Positions 7,742-17,149 of a DNA stretch of 64,000 bases are shown piece by piece. The notes below the pieces were generated by a model. The model was not told the DNA's origin and ran no database searches. It was given only the letters and a program-made list of their open reading frames with translations. Positions within the stretch are counted from its first letter, which is position 1. Each line of letters starts with the position of its first letter. The translations under genes and the position numbers were made by a program. The stretch spans positions 1,024,001-1,088,000 of the forward strand of contig CAVOVB010000001.1 in the NCBI GenBank assembly GCA_963699755.1, in the 5' to 3' direction. The stretch is from an uncultured delta proteobacterium. Its GTDB lineage: Bacteria; Myxococcota_A; Polyangia; Polyangiales; Houyiibacteriaceae.

Positions 7742-10700
7742 TCAGTGAAAGTCGCGGGATTGGTGTGTGTGCTCGGCGAGTGAAACGTCTGGGGCCCATA
7801 GCGACTTTGCGATCAGGTGAATGACGCCATCGGCTTTTTGAATTTCTCCCGTCACGCCGAGTAGGGATGCGGTTTTGGCAAGCACGGCATGGCGGTCGAA
7901 GACCTGCTTCCAAACGACGACGTTGACGAAGCCGGTTTCGTCTTCGAGGGTGAAGAAAGTAACGCCAGACGCCGTGCCCGGACGCTGGCGGCAGATCACC
8001 ATGCCGACGTACTCGAGCTCGTCCCCGTGTCCGCAGCCATGGATTCGGCTTGCTTCGGGTATGCCTCGTGAACGAAGTGCGCCGCGAAGCCCTCGCATGG
8101 GATGGCCGCGTGTGCTGTGATGACTCGAGCGGTAATCCCAGATCACCTCGTCCTCACTTGCCAACGATGCGAATGAGATCTGACTCGGTCCAGGTTCGAG
8201 CGGTAAGGAATCCTGCACAAAGCGTGACAAGCTCCGTACCTGCCAAATCGCGTCGCGCCGGTTGAGACCGAAACACTCGAAGGCGCCCGCTTCAGCCAGC
8301 GCATGCAGGGCCTTCTTGTTGAGCCCGGTCCGTCGAACGAAGGTCGCTAGATTTGGCAGCGGCAGCTCCGTAGCTTCGATGCGCTCTCGCTCGAGGACTC
8401 CGAGCCCCTTCACATAGCGAAGTCCCATCCGCACCCCGTAAAGACGACGCTTTGCGTCGTTCAGGGGGCTTTGCCCCGTCTTGCTGTCTATCGGGAACAG
8501 GGTGCAATCCCATTGGCTTTTGTTGATGTCGATGGGGTGCACCTCGACGCCGTGGCGCTTCGCGTCTTCAACCAGTGTGGCCGGGCTGTAGAAGCCCATC
8601 GGCTGGGCGTTCAAGATCGCACAGGTGAACACCTCGTGGTGATGACGCCGGAGCCAAGCGGTGACGTAGGCCAGCAAGGCAAACGACGCGGCATGGCTCT
8701 CTGGAAAGCCGTACTCACCAAAGCCACGAATCTGCGAAAACACACGCTCCGCAAACTCCTCGGGGATGCCTTCTTCGAGCATACGCGGGACCATGCGCGC
8801 CCGGTGTTTCTCGATACGGCCGGACTTCCGCCATGCGGCCATGTCACGGCGCAACTGATCGGCTTCGCCTGCTGTGTAGCCGGCGGCTTCGACGGCTAGC
8901 TTCATGACTTGCTCTTGGAAAATCGGGATGCCGAGAGTCTTCTTCAAGATGCGCTCCAACTTCGGGTGTGGATAGACGACTTCTTCTTCGCCCTTACGCC
9001 GACGCAGGTACGGATGTACCATGTCACCTTGGATCGGACCGGGACGCACGAGCGCAACTTCGATCACCAAGTCATAGAAGGTCCGTGGCTTAAGCCGTGG
9101 CAGCATCGCCATCTGTGCACGGCTTTCGATTTGAAAGACCCCGACTGTATCGCCTTTCGACACCATCTCGTACGTGGCCTCATCTTCGGCAGGGACTGTC
9201 GCGATCTCGAGGTCCTGCCCTTTGTGCTCGCGCAGTAGATCAAACGCGCGGTGAATGCAGCTGAGCACTCCGAGGCCCAAGAGATCGACCTTGAACAGGG
9301 CCAAATTGTCGACGTCGTACTTGTCCCACTGGATGACGGTGCGGGCCCCCATGCTTGCCGGCTCGATTGGAACGATCTCGTCGACGGGACGATGACCTAG
9401 AAGGAACCCGCCCGGGTGAATCGATAAATGCCTTGGAAAATCGAGCACTTGAGTCGCTAGAGACCAGAGCAGCTGAGTAGCCGGAGCGTCCTTGTCGAGG
9501 CCGGCTTCTCGAAGGAGCTCGGGGTTGAAGCTGTCGTCGCGATGCCTCAGTAGTCGTGTCGCGGTCTCCAGATCCGTTCGGGCCAGGCCGAGCACTTTGC
9601 CGACATCACGGACCGCAGAACGAATACGATAGCGAATGATGTTTGCGACCATCGCGGCATGGCGGCGCCCGTATTTTTCGTAGACGTGTTGAATGACTTC
9701 TTCGCGACGCTCGTGCTCGATGTCGAGGTCGATATCTGGTGGCTCGGCACGTTCGACGCTCAAGAAACGTTCGAACAACAAGTCCATGCGCACGGGATCG
9801 ATTGCGGTTATTCCTAGACAAAAACAGACTGCGCTGTTGGCGGCACTGCCGCGCCCTTGACAGAGGATGTTTTTCTGACGGCAGTATTGAACGATTTCGT
9901 ACATCGTGAGGAAGTAGCCGCCATAGTCCAGCTTGCGAATGATCTGAAGCTCGCGTTCGATCTGAGCGCAAACGTCATCGGGCACTTTGCCCCGGTAGCG
10001 CGTCCGCGCACCGCGAAACGTGAGCTCGCGCAACCAGCCTTGCTCGTTGTGGCCGGAAGGAAGACGCTCTTCTGGATATCGATAACGAAGGTCATCGAGG
10101 CTGAACGTGCACTGTTCAGCGATCTCGATCGTGCGACGAAGGCAGGCAGGGTCGTCCGAAAAGAGACGTTCGAGCTCCTCGGCAGGTTTGAGGTCGTGCT
10201 CCGCGTTTGCGCAGATCGTACGGCCGGCTTCCGAAAGCACTTTCCCCTCGCGAATGCAGGTCAAAACGTCCTGAAGTGGGCGCCGGATCTTGTCGTGATA
10301 GAGGACTTCGTTGACACCGACCGTCTGAACTTCGAGCTCTCTTGCGACAGAGCGCAAGGTTTTTTCTTTTGGCTTTTCGTGATCGCTCAGATGACGAGCG
10401 CAAAGGGCGAACACCGAGGAAGGTCCATGGCTCGCGTGCAGGGCGCGCAAGGCTTCAGGCCTTGTGGAGAGAAAGAACAAGTCGTGCAACGGATCCAGCT
10501 CTTTGCTGTGAATGAGAGAAACTCCCTTCTCGCAGCGGGCATGACCGATTGACAAGATTCTGCAGAGATCAGCATAGCCGCGTCGCGTCTTGGCGAGAGC
10601 AACGACATGCTCTGCATGCCCTTCGATCTCGACCATGAGCTGAGCCCCGATCACAATTCGGATCCCGAGCTCTTTGGCTCTCATATGTGCGCGTACGAGG

Positions 10701-10840
10701 CCATACACCCCGTCACGGTCGGTCATTGCAACTGCAGAAAGACCGAGCGCATGTGCACGTTCGACCAGCTCTTCGGGAAAGGATGCGCCTTCCAAAAAGC
10801 TGTGGTTGCTCTTGACCCACAACGGCACGTAAGCGCTCAT
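7742..10840 (-). CDS. dnaE2: error-prone DNA polymerase DnaE2 (ImuC)
   Basis: PHP N-terminus, motifs GRGSAANS, PPDIDLD and YGFPESHA, and the C-terminal SRDFH DnaE2 signature. Confidence 0.96.
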   Translation of the reverse strand: MSAYVPLWVKSNHSFLEGASFPEELVERAHALGLSAVAMTDRDGVYGLVRAHMRAKELGIRIVIGAQLMVEIEGHAEHVVALAKTRRGYADLCRILSIGHARCEKGVSLIHSKELDPLHDLFFLSTRPEALRALHASHGPSSVFALCARHLSDHEKPKEKTLRSVARELEVQTVGVNEVLYHDKIRRPLQDVLTCIREGKVLSEAGRTICANAEHDLKPAEELERLFSDDPACLRRTIEIAEQCTFSLDDLRYRYPEERLPSGHNEQGWLRELTFRGARTRYRGKVPDDVCAQIERELQIIRKLDYGGYFLTMYEIVQYCRQKNILCQGRGSAANSAVCFCLGITAIDPVRMDLLFERFLSVERAEPPDIDLDIEHERREEVIQHVYEKYGRRHAAMVANIIRYRIRSAVRDVGKVLGLARTDLETATRLLRHRDDSFNPELLREAGLDKDAPATQLLWSLATQVLDFPRHLSIHPGGFLLGHRPVDEIVPIEPASMGARTVIQWDKYDVDNLALFKVDLLGLGVLSCIHRAFDLLREHKGQDLEIATVPAEDEATYEMVSKGDTVGVFQIESRAQMAMLPRLKPRTFYDLVIEVALVRPGPIQGDMVHPYLRRRKGEEEVVYPHPKLERILKKTLGIPIFQEQVMKLAVEAAGYTAGEADQLRRDMAAWRKSGRIEKHRARMVPRMLEEGIPEEFAERVFSQIRGFGEYGFPESHAASFALLAYVTAWLRRHHHEVFTCAILNAQPMGFYSPATLVEDAKRHGVEVHPIDINKSQWDCTLFPIDSKTGQSPLNDAKRRLYGVRMGLRYVKGLGVLERERIEATELPLPNLATFVRRTGLNKKALHALAEAGAFECFGLNRRDAIWQVRSLSRFVQDSLPLEPGPSQISFASLASEDEVIWDYRSSHHSTRGHPMRGLRGALRSRGIPEASRIHGCGHGDELEYVGMVICRQRPGTASGVTFFTLEDETGFVNVVVWKQVFDRHAVLAKTASLLGVTGEIQKADGVIHLIAKSLWAPDVSLAEHTHQSRDFH

Positions 10841-12322
10841 TCAATCGAGCACTCCATGCAAGAACCAGCGCCTTCGCGGACGATCGTAGAAGAGCCAAAG
10901 CAAGTCGCCCTGATCGGTTTCTGCGTAGTAGTAGTCGCGTTCGACGAGACGCTTCCACCAGCCACCGCTCACGCGATACGGGCCATACATGTGCTCGATA
11001 GAATGCTCTTTCGCGAGTGAAGGCCCGGCCTCGGGCTCCTCGGGGATACGGGGAGGGAGCGGCTTGGGACGAGCAAAAACCCTTCTAACCATTGAGGAAA
11101 TTGGGCCTATCGCGGCTTGCTCGCCCATTCGAGCCTGCTGAATGGGCTCCCAGCGAAAGGAGGCCTCCGGCAAATGCGCCTCTCGCAGGCGTGCCCGGGT
11201 CACCGACTGTTCGCCGTATGCTGCACGAACTCGGTCGAGCGCGCGATGTGCAGCTCTCATGTCGCGACGGGCTTGATGACCGGGGAGCGCAACTTGCTCT
11301 GCCTGTGAGCGCACCGTCTTGGCGACGATCTCCACTTCTTCGACTGCGCCTTGCAAGCTCCGTTCGCCGAGGCGAAGGCGGATGAGCTCGAGTAACAACA
11401 TCAGATCCAAGGTCGGTGATGCTGGCTCGATTTGTTCTTGGTGAAGAGGTGCGCGCTCCAAATGCAATGAAAGCTCGAGTGCTTGAATTGATTCTCCACG
11501 GGCACGAACCTGATGCAGCAAGGAATGCAGAGCGCCTTTGACTGCAAACAGCAAACGGCTCTGATCTCTGTCGGGAGGCTCGACTTGAAAAGCGATGCGA
11601 GCGGGCTCTTCGAATGCATGTGGCTGAATCGGCAGCTGCATGTCTTCGGAAAACGAATCGTGAAGCGTGCTTGCCCTAGTGCCGAAACGACTCAGAAGCT
11701 CTCCTCCAGGAACTGCGAGAAAATCACCGAGTGTTTCGATGCCTAATGCACCAAGACTTTCGCAAAGATCTCCAGGCAGATCGAATTCACGAAGCAAGGT
11801 TTTGTTCGAACGTTCGATCTCTTCCTCGACGCTCTTCGAGATGTAGACTCCGCTCTGTGCCATGGAGACCGCGAGCGCTCGCTGGCGATGAAAGCCAACG
11901 GTCACCGAGTTACGCCAATGTCGGGCGCGCAAATACCGGTGAATCGAGATCGCCCAGTTGCGATAACCGCCATAAAGGCGCCGTAGACCTTCGGGATCGA
12001 GCTGGAACGCGCCAGCCCGATCGAGCGCTTCGACCCGGGGAGAGAAGGTTTGAAGCGCAGAGATCAGCTCTCGGCTGACTTCCGAGGTCTGCTCGGGCAA
12101 GAGGACGGCGGTATGCAGGTTCGGAAGGAGATCACGCGCCACGGTTTGTCGCATGCCAATGCGAAGGCGGTTCTTCTTTGCAAACGCGTTGAGGTGCGTG
12201 ATGCGGCCGTTCGGGCCTTCGTCATCGACAAGGGCAACGGGTGCTGCGCGCCAGCACGGCTTTTGCCGCAAGAGAATTTGCAACGGGAGCATCGGCAAAA
12301 GAACGCAACTCACCCGCCTCAT
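10841..12322 (-). CDS. imuB: ImuB, inactive Y-family polymerase
   Basis: Y-family-like N-terminus (FSPRVE) and C-terminal GPYRVSGGWW…RDYY…WFLHG. Lies between imuA and dnaE2. Confidence 0.92.
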   Translation of the reverse strand: MRRVSCVLLPMLPLQILLRQKPCWRAAPVALVDDEGPNGRITHLNAFAKKNRLRIGMRQTVARDLLPNLHTAVLLPEQTSEVSRELISALQTFSPRVEALDRAGAFQLDPEGLRRLYGGYRNWAISIHRYLRARHWRNSVTVGFHRQRALAVSMAQSGVYISKSVEEEIERSNKTLLREFDLPGDLCESLGALGIETLGDFLAVPGGELLSRFGTRASTLHDSFSEDMQLPIQPHAFEEPARIAFQVEPPDRDQSRLLFAVKGALHSLLHQVRARGESIQALELSLHLERAPLHQEQIEPASPTLDLMLLLELIRLRLGERSLQGAVEEVEIVAKTVRSQAEQVALPGHQARRDMRAAHRALDRVRAAYGEQSVTRARLREAHLPEASFRWEPIQQARMGEQAAIGPISSMVRRVFARPKPLPPRIPEEPEAGPSLAKEHSIEHMYGPYRVSGGWWKRLVERDYYYAETDQGDLLWLFYDRPRRRWFLHGVLD

Positions 12323-12951
12323 GAGCTGCCTCGCAAACCGGATGGAGCGATTGGGATGATCGACGAAAGCTCGGTGGCAATGCCGACTTTGTCTTTGAGA
12401 ACATGCGTGTGAACTTCGAAGTGATCGGCTCGAAGAGAACCGCGTTGCGGCTCAACGCGCAAACCAACCAAAGGGCCGGATGAGGGTTCCTCTCGAGCAT
12501 TCGAAGTGAGTAAGAGAATACGTCCGTCATGCTTGCGCAAGAGACCTTGAAGACGGCCTTGCCAGTTGACCGAAGAACCGGGCGGGAGCGCATCGCTGAG
12601 GTCGATGACCGTCAAGCCGAAGGCACCAGAACGCGCAAGCCACTCGGCAACGCGAACCAACGCGAACGGACCTACATGACGCGGCACGTGAATTGCGATG
12701 AACGAATCGAGGTTCACTCCCGCCGCATCGAGGTCGGGAGGAAACAAGGCGCCGTCTTTGGGCTGTACCCAGGCGACCAGCTCGGCGCGCGCCTGCGCCT
12801 GGATCACACAGGACACCGCCGTGGTCGTCCGCGCACAGGCATGCCTGCCAGAAACCTCGACCAAGCGCCCCCGAGGCAGGAGCTCCGAGAGCGGTAAAGC
12901 TTTCGCTCTAACCCGCCGAGCCTCAAAATCGATGACAGTCCCAAAAGCCAT
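12319..12951 (-). CDS. imuA: ImuA, RecA-like accessory protein
   Basis: LPRGRLVEVSG with a degenerate Walker A (GRHACARTT), plus FPPDL and RSGAFGL. First gene of the cassette; ATG 12951 chosen. Confidence 0.85.
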   Translation of the reverse strand: MAFGTVIDFEARRVRAKALPLSELLPRGRLVEVSGRHACARTTTAVSCVIQAQARAELVAWVQPKDGALFPPDLDAAGVNLDSFIAIHVPRHVGPFALVRVAEWLARSGAFGLTVIDLSDALPPGSSVNWQGRLQGLLRKHDGRILLLTSNAREEPSSGPLVGLRVEPQRGSLRADHFEVHTHVLKDKVGIATELSSIIPIAPSGLRGSS

Positions 12952-12961
12952 GGGACCACCC

Positions 12962-12989
12962 AATATACTGAACAAAATAACAGTTACAA
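12962..12989 (-). promoter_or_regulatory. sigma70-like promoter of imuA with a LexA (SOS) box filling the spacer
   Basis: Minus strand reads TTGTAA-CTGTTATTTTGTTCAG-TATATT. The box at 12968-12983 fits CTG-N10-CAG and CTR-N7-GTTCAG. Confidence 0.75.
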
Positions 12990-13075
12990 GGAGGATACGC
13001 GTCCGCCTCCTAAACTATTGAAAACAAAAGGAATTTATGCTGGAACGGTCCATCTAGCCGACTTGAGGGGCTTGT

Positions 13076-15355
13076 TCAGACAAGGGTTTGCACCTCCTGT
13101 GCCATCTCGGAAGGCGTGCGATCGCCAAGCCCTGCTGCATGCTGAGTCGCGATGCCGCGAACGACTTCACTCTGGTCCTGCATCATCTGGCTCAGCGCTT
13201 CTTCGTGGGACATCGAGCGCAGGGTTACCCCGAGCGCGGCGGCAGCAATGCGCGCTCGACGCTCCGCCGGCTCTCCTCGGTCGACGATCACTAACACCGC
13301 CTCGCGAAAATAGCCTGGCAATGTCGCTTCCAATACTTCGTGGCTTGCTGCCTGCAAGCGATTGTTCTCGCTCGTCACGCCTCGCCAAACCAAGGCGAAA
13401 TTTTCCTCGGCATGCCTGAGACCCATCAACGAGAACGCTTGCTCCAAGGTTGCCCGCTCCTTGTCTTGGAGCGCGATGCGCAACAGCTCTGCACCTGGCG
13501 TATCCGGACTGCCACTGCCTTCGATGGCCGCGCGCCACTGGAGAAGCTGCACCACGCGTACCAAGCTCGCGCGAAGCTGTTCCTGCAAGAGCGCGTCGTC
13601 GAGAACCGTAGAAGGATGGCTCGCTTGTAAGCGGCCCAGGGCTCGCAGGATCCTCATGCGCAAGCCTCTTTCCTGCTCCCGATCCAAGTGCCGAAGTAGA
13701 ATGTCAGCAGCTTTCTGTGGCTCGAAAAGGATGATCGTATATGGAATGCGAAGACGTACCTTCCAGGGCACCGACGGGTCCGAAAGCGCCGTTTCGAGCG
13801 CATCCAAGGCCTCGGGTCCGATCGCCAGGATCGCTTTGCGCGCGCGCGCTCGCAATTCGGAGCTCCCGAGAAGCGACAAGAGAAGCGGCAGATAGCGTGG
13901 CTCCGGATTTCCCTCCATGGCGCGCAGGGTCTGGAAGCGGACCGAATCGTCATCGTTCACGATCAGCTTGGTCAGGATTTCGTGGAAGACCGCCCCGCCT
14001 TCGTGCGGAATCGCACCTGCGCGGGGCGACTGAGTATGCGAGTTTCCCGTGCCAATCCATTCATCCGACTTGGCGGCCGTCCCGCCGCTGCTGGCGAATG
14101 CCTCGCGCTCGAGCCGCATGTCGATGACGCCGTGCCGAAGTCGCGCGCGGAACTGATCCACGTACTGACGGCGCGTCGACATGATCGCCATGAGCCAGCC
14201 TAGGACGAGAAATAGCAGCGACACGGCGAGCTGCCGGGTGCTCAGCCCCACGCCGACAGCCGCGATGATGAGCAACGATGCCAGCGCCTGCCCCACGCGA
14301 TGCCCGAACACCTCGATCAAGCCCTTCGCCCGTTCGCGCCGTCGGCTGTCGAGCGGCAGGTAGAGCACCTCGATTGCGCCTCGATAGAGCGTGTGACGCA
14401 GGCTCCCATCGACCGCTTTGAGCGCCACGGCAAAAGGCAGAATCGGCCCGATGGCTAGGCCGAGAGCGCCGCCGAAGACCAAGGCAGGCAGAAGCGCCGA
14501 GCTTCGATGGGCGCCGAATGCACGCAAGAGCCAGCCCGCGCCAACGAGCTGCACCAGTAGCGCCACCGTGTTCAAGCCGAGGTAGAAGCGTGCGAAAAAC
14601 GGACCGAGCCCGGCGGGTGGAATCTCGGCCGCGACCGTGCTCTTGAAGACGAAATCGACGATCGTCAGCGTAATCGTTCCCATCAGCACGAACCCGAGGA
14701 TGCGTGCGAGATACTTGTCCCGAAGAAGCCAGCGCATCGATTGCCGCGGTTCAACGCTGGGCTGGTCCGTGGGCGCGACGCTCCGGCTCTTCCATAGAAA
14801 CGGTGTAGCTCCGGCTAGCGCCAGAACCGCGGCGGCAGTGAAGACGAGCGCAAGGGGTGAAGCTAGTCGGAGCACGCCTTCTGAAAGCAAGGACCCGAAC
14901 GTGGCGCCGGTCACGCCGCCGGCTGCAATGGCGGGAAAGATGCGTTTCGCTTGCCTCACAGTCACCGCGTCGTCGAGCAAGAGCCAAAACTCGATCAGGA
15001 CGACCGTAATCAGCAATCCCGTCCAAATGTAGAATCCAAACGGCGCCCAGGAGCCAAGCTCCTCGAGCAGTGCCCAGAAGCCAAGCGTCACCAGCGCGCC
15101 AAACACGAGGGATGCCGACAATAGCCGTCTTCGATCGCGGACGCGGCGAAGCACCTGCTCGTGGATCTTCAACTCCACGATCGCGAGCACGGCAATGGCC
15201 AGATAGGCCCGTGGCAAATGTTCGGCCGGTAAGCTCGTCAGAAACAAGGTGTCACGGGCCGTCTCCATGACCGAATGCGCAGTCGTGATCGCAAGCAAGC
15301 CGATGAAGCCCACTGCCAAGTTCCTTCGATCCTCGCGGCGAACGGAAAAACGCAT
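13076..15355 (-). CDS. Npt1/Npt2 (NTT/TLC)-like MFS transporter fused to HEAT repeats
   Basis: About 12 TM helices with motifs ETARDTLFL, RQAKRIF and DGSLRHTL…EVLYLPL…RAK. Followed by HEAT-like helical repeats. Confidence 0.8.
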   Translation of the reverse strand: MRFSVRREDRRNLAVGFIGLLAITTAHSVMETARDTLFLTSLPAEHLPRAYLAIAVLAIVELKIHEQVLRRVRDRRRLLSASLVFGALVTLGFWALLEELGSWAPFGFYIWTGLLITVVLIEFWLLLDDAVTVRQAKRIFPAIAAGGVTGATFGSLLSEGVLRLASPLALVFTAAAVLALAGATPFLWKSRSVAPTDQPSVEPRQSMRWLLRDKYLARILGFVLMGTITLTIVDFVFKSTVAAEIPPAGLGPFFARFYLGLNTVALLVQLVGAGWLLRAFGAHRSSALLPALVFGGALGLAIGPILPFAVALKAVDGSLRHTLYRGAIEVLYLPLDSRRRERAKGLIEVFGHRVGQALASLLIIAAVGVGLSTRQLAVSLLFLVLGWLMAIMSTRRQYVDQFRARLRHGVIDMRLEREAFASSGGTAAKSDEWIGTGNSHTQSPRAGAIPHEGGAVFHEILTKLIVNDDDSVRFQTLRAMEGNPEPRYLPLLLSLLGSSELRARARKAILAIGPEALDALETALSDPSVPWKVRLRIPYTIILFEPQKAADILLRHLDREQERGLRMRILRALGRLQASHPSTVLDDALLQEQLRASLVRVVQLLQWRAAIEGSGSPDTPGAELLRIALQDKERATLEQAFSLMGLRHAEENFALVWRGVTSENNRLQAASHEVLEATLPGYFREAVLVIVDRGEPAERRARIAAAALGVTLRSMSHEEALSQMMQDQSEVVRGIATQHAAGLGDRTPSEMAQEVQTLV

Positions 15356-15428
15356 GTTTCAGATGCAACTTATCGTCAAAATCGAAACAGGGACATTTCT
15401 AGCGCATTGAACGCTCCACACAGAGGAG

Positions 15429-16328
15429 CTAGCCGCCACGCCGCGACTCCAGCTCTTCGACCGAGCGCGGCCAGTCGCCCTTGAGCAGCCTCGAAAGAGC
15501 ACGGTCGGCGAGGAGCTTGCCGTCGGTTTGGCAGGTCGGGCAGTAGTTGGTTTCGCGACTCGCAAAGACAATTCGCTGAATCGGGTCTCCACAGCTCGGG
15601 CATGGCTCTCCGTACTTCCCGTGCGCCGCCATTTCTGGCCGAAACGCGGTCACCTTCTCTGGAAACGATTCGCCGTGCTGCTCGATCAGGCGCGCCGACC
15701 ATTCTGAGAGGACATTCTGCGTCGCCTCGTGCAAGCGCTGGACTTGCTCCTCCGTCATTCGCGTCGTCCAGAGCAGAGGGGAGAGCTTGGCGCGGTGAAG
15801 AATTTCATCCGAGTACGCGTTGCCAATGCCGCTGAAGATCTGGGGGTCGGTCAGCGCGCGTTTCACGGTGTGGTTTCGTTCGAGCAGCGCATCCTTGAAC
15901 TCGGGGTAGTCGACTCCGAGTGGCTCGATTCCACCGGGGTCGTGTGCGAGGAGGCCGTCTTCTCCGCGGCAAAGGTGTAAAGCCGCGCGCTTCTTCTTGC
16001 TGGCCTCCGTCAGCAGAAGCGTTCCCTCGTCGAAGTCGAATGCGGCGAGCCCCATTCGACCGGGGATCTTCTGTCCTGGGGGTTTCCAGCGAAACCGGCC
16101 AGCAATCATCAGGTGGATCACGATGTACAGGTCATCCTCGAGACCCAGCACGATTCGTTTCCCGAGTCTGCGCAATCTGAGGACTCGCTTCCCCAGCAGC
16201 TCGTCGACTGAAGGTTCTACCGTCCGGAGCAGGAACGGTGATGCGATGCGGACAGCGCGGAGCGTCTGGTCGAGCACCCGCGGCCGCAGTGCGTGAAGGT
16301 AGAGCTCGACGTCGGGAAGCTCGGGCAT
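15429..16328 (-). CDS. Fpg/Nei-family DNA glycosylase
   Basis: N-terminal PELPDVE, HLMIAGR, the H2TH motif GIGNAYSDEIL and a zinc finger CPSC…CPTCQ. Confidence 0.92.
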   Translation of the reverse strand: MPELPDVELYLHALRPRVLDQTLRAVRIASPFLLRTVEPSVDELLGKRVLRLRRLGKRIVLGLEDDLYIVIHLMIAGRFRWKPPGQKIPGRMGLAAFDFDEGTLLLTEASKKKRAALHLCRGEDGLLAHDPGGIEPLGVDYPEFKDALLERNHTVKRALTDPQIFSGIGNAYSDEILHRAKLSPLLWTTRMTEEQVQRLHEATQNVLSEWSARLIEQHGESFPEKVTAFRPEMAAHGKYGEPCPSCGDPIQRIVFASRETNYCPTCQTDGKLLADRALSRLLKGDWPRSVEELESRRGG

Positions 16329-16330
16329 GT

Positions 16331-17149
16331 CTATCGGAGTCGAGGGTCGAGCCGGTCTCGCAACCAGTCGCCGGTGAGATTGAAGCCGAGGACAGTTAGG
16401 GCGATTGCTCCGCCCGAGAAGAGGGCCACATGTGGAAAGCGGAGCAGCACGCTCGTCCCCTGGTCGAGCAGCGCCCCCCAGGAAACTGCTTTTCCAGGCC
16501 CAAGGCCGAGAAACGAAAGGGTCGACTCCGCTAGGATCACGACCCCCAACCCGGTCGTCGCCTGAATGACCAGCGGGCCGAGCAGGTTCGGAATCACGTG
16601 CCGGACGAGAACCTGCGGCGTGGGCACACCAAGCGCCCGGGCGGCTTCGACGAACTCTCGCTCTCTCAAGCTCAGGGTTTCGGCGCGAGCCAGTCGCGCA
16701 TAGAGGACCCAGCCATTGACTGCGAGCGCCACGATCAAGTGCATGAGGCCAGGCCTTGCGACCAGAGCAAGAACCGCGATGTTCAGCACGATTGCGGGAA
16801 AGGCTTGAACCAGGTCTGCAATGCCAGTGATTGCGTGGTCCGTTGTTCGGCCCGCGTACCCCGCCCAGGTTCCAAGCAAGGTGCCGATGAGCACCGACAC
16901 AGCGACGACGACGACGCCCACTATCGCGGCGAGCTGCGCACCGTGAAGCAGTGCGCTCAAGATGTCGATTCCATTGTCTCCGGTTCCGAGAAGATGCGAC
17001 CAGGACGGAGGGTCGTACTCGTGGAGGAGGTCGATCGCGAGCGGGTCATAGGGTGCGACCGAAGGACCCACGATTGCCAGCAGGAAGAATCCGACCACGA
17101 TCGCCAAGCCGAGCGGTGTCTTTCGAAGGCGCTTGCGGAAGCTGCTCAT
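16331..17149 (-). CDS. peptide/nickel ABC transporter permease (DppC-like)
   Basis: Motifs HLLGTG, the EAA loop EFVEAARALG, RHVIPN and ESTLSFLGLG. Confidence 0.92.
   Translation of the reverse strand: MSSFRKRLRKTPLGLAIVVGFFLLAIVGPSVAPYDPLAIDLLHEYDPPSWSHLLGTGDNGIDILSALLHGAQLAAIVGVVVVAVSVLIGTLLGTWAGYAGRTTDHAITGIADLVQAFPAIVLNIAVLALVARPGLMHLIVALAVNGWVLYARLARAETLSLREREFVEAARALGVPTPQVLVRHVIPNLLGPLVIQATTGLGVVILAESTLSFLGLGPGKAVSWGALLDQGTSVLLRFPHVALFSGGAIALTVLGFNLTGDWLRDRLDPRLR

Noticed and set aside
12989..13011. AGGAGG-N11-CCTCCT hairpin after the NTT-HEAT gene
   Set aside because: The stem is short and has no clear U-tract, so it is not supportable as a terminator.
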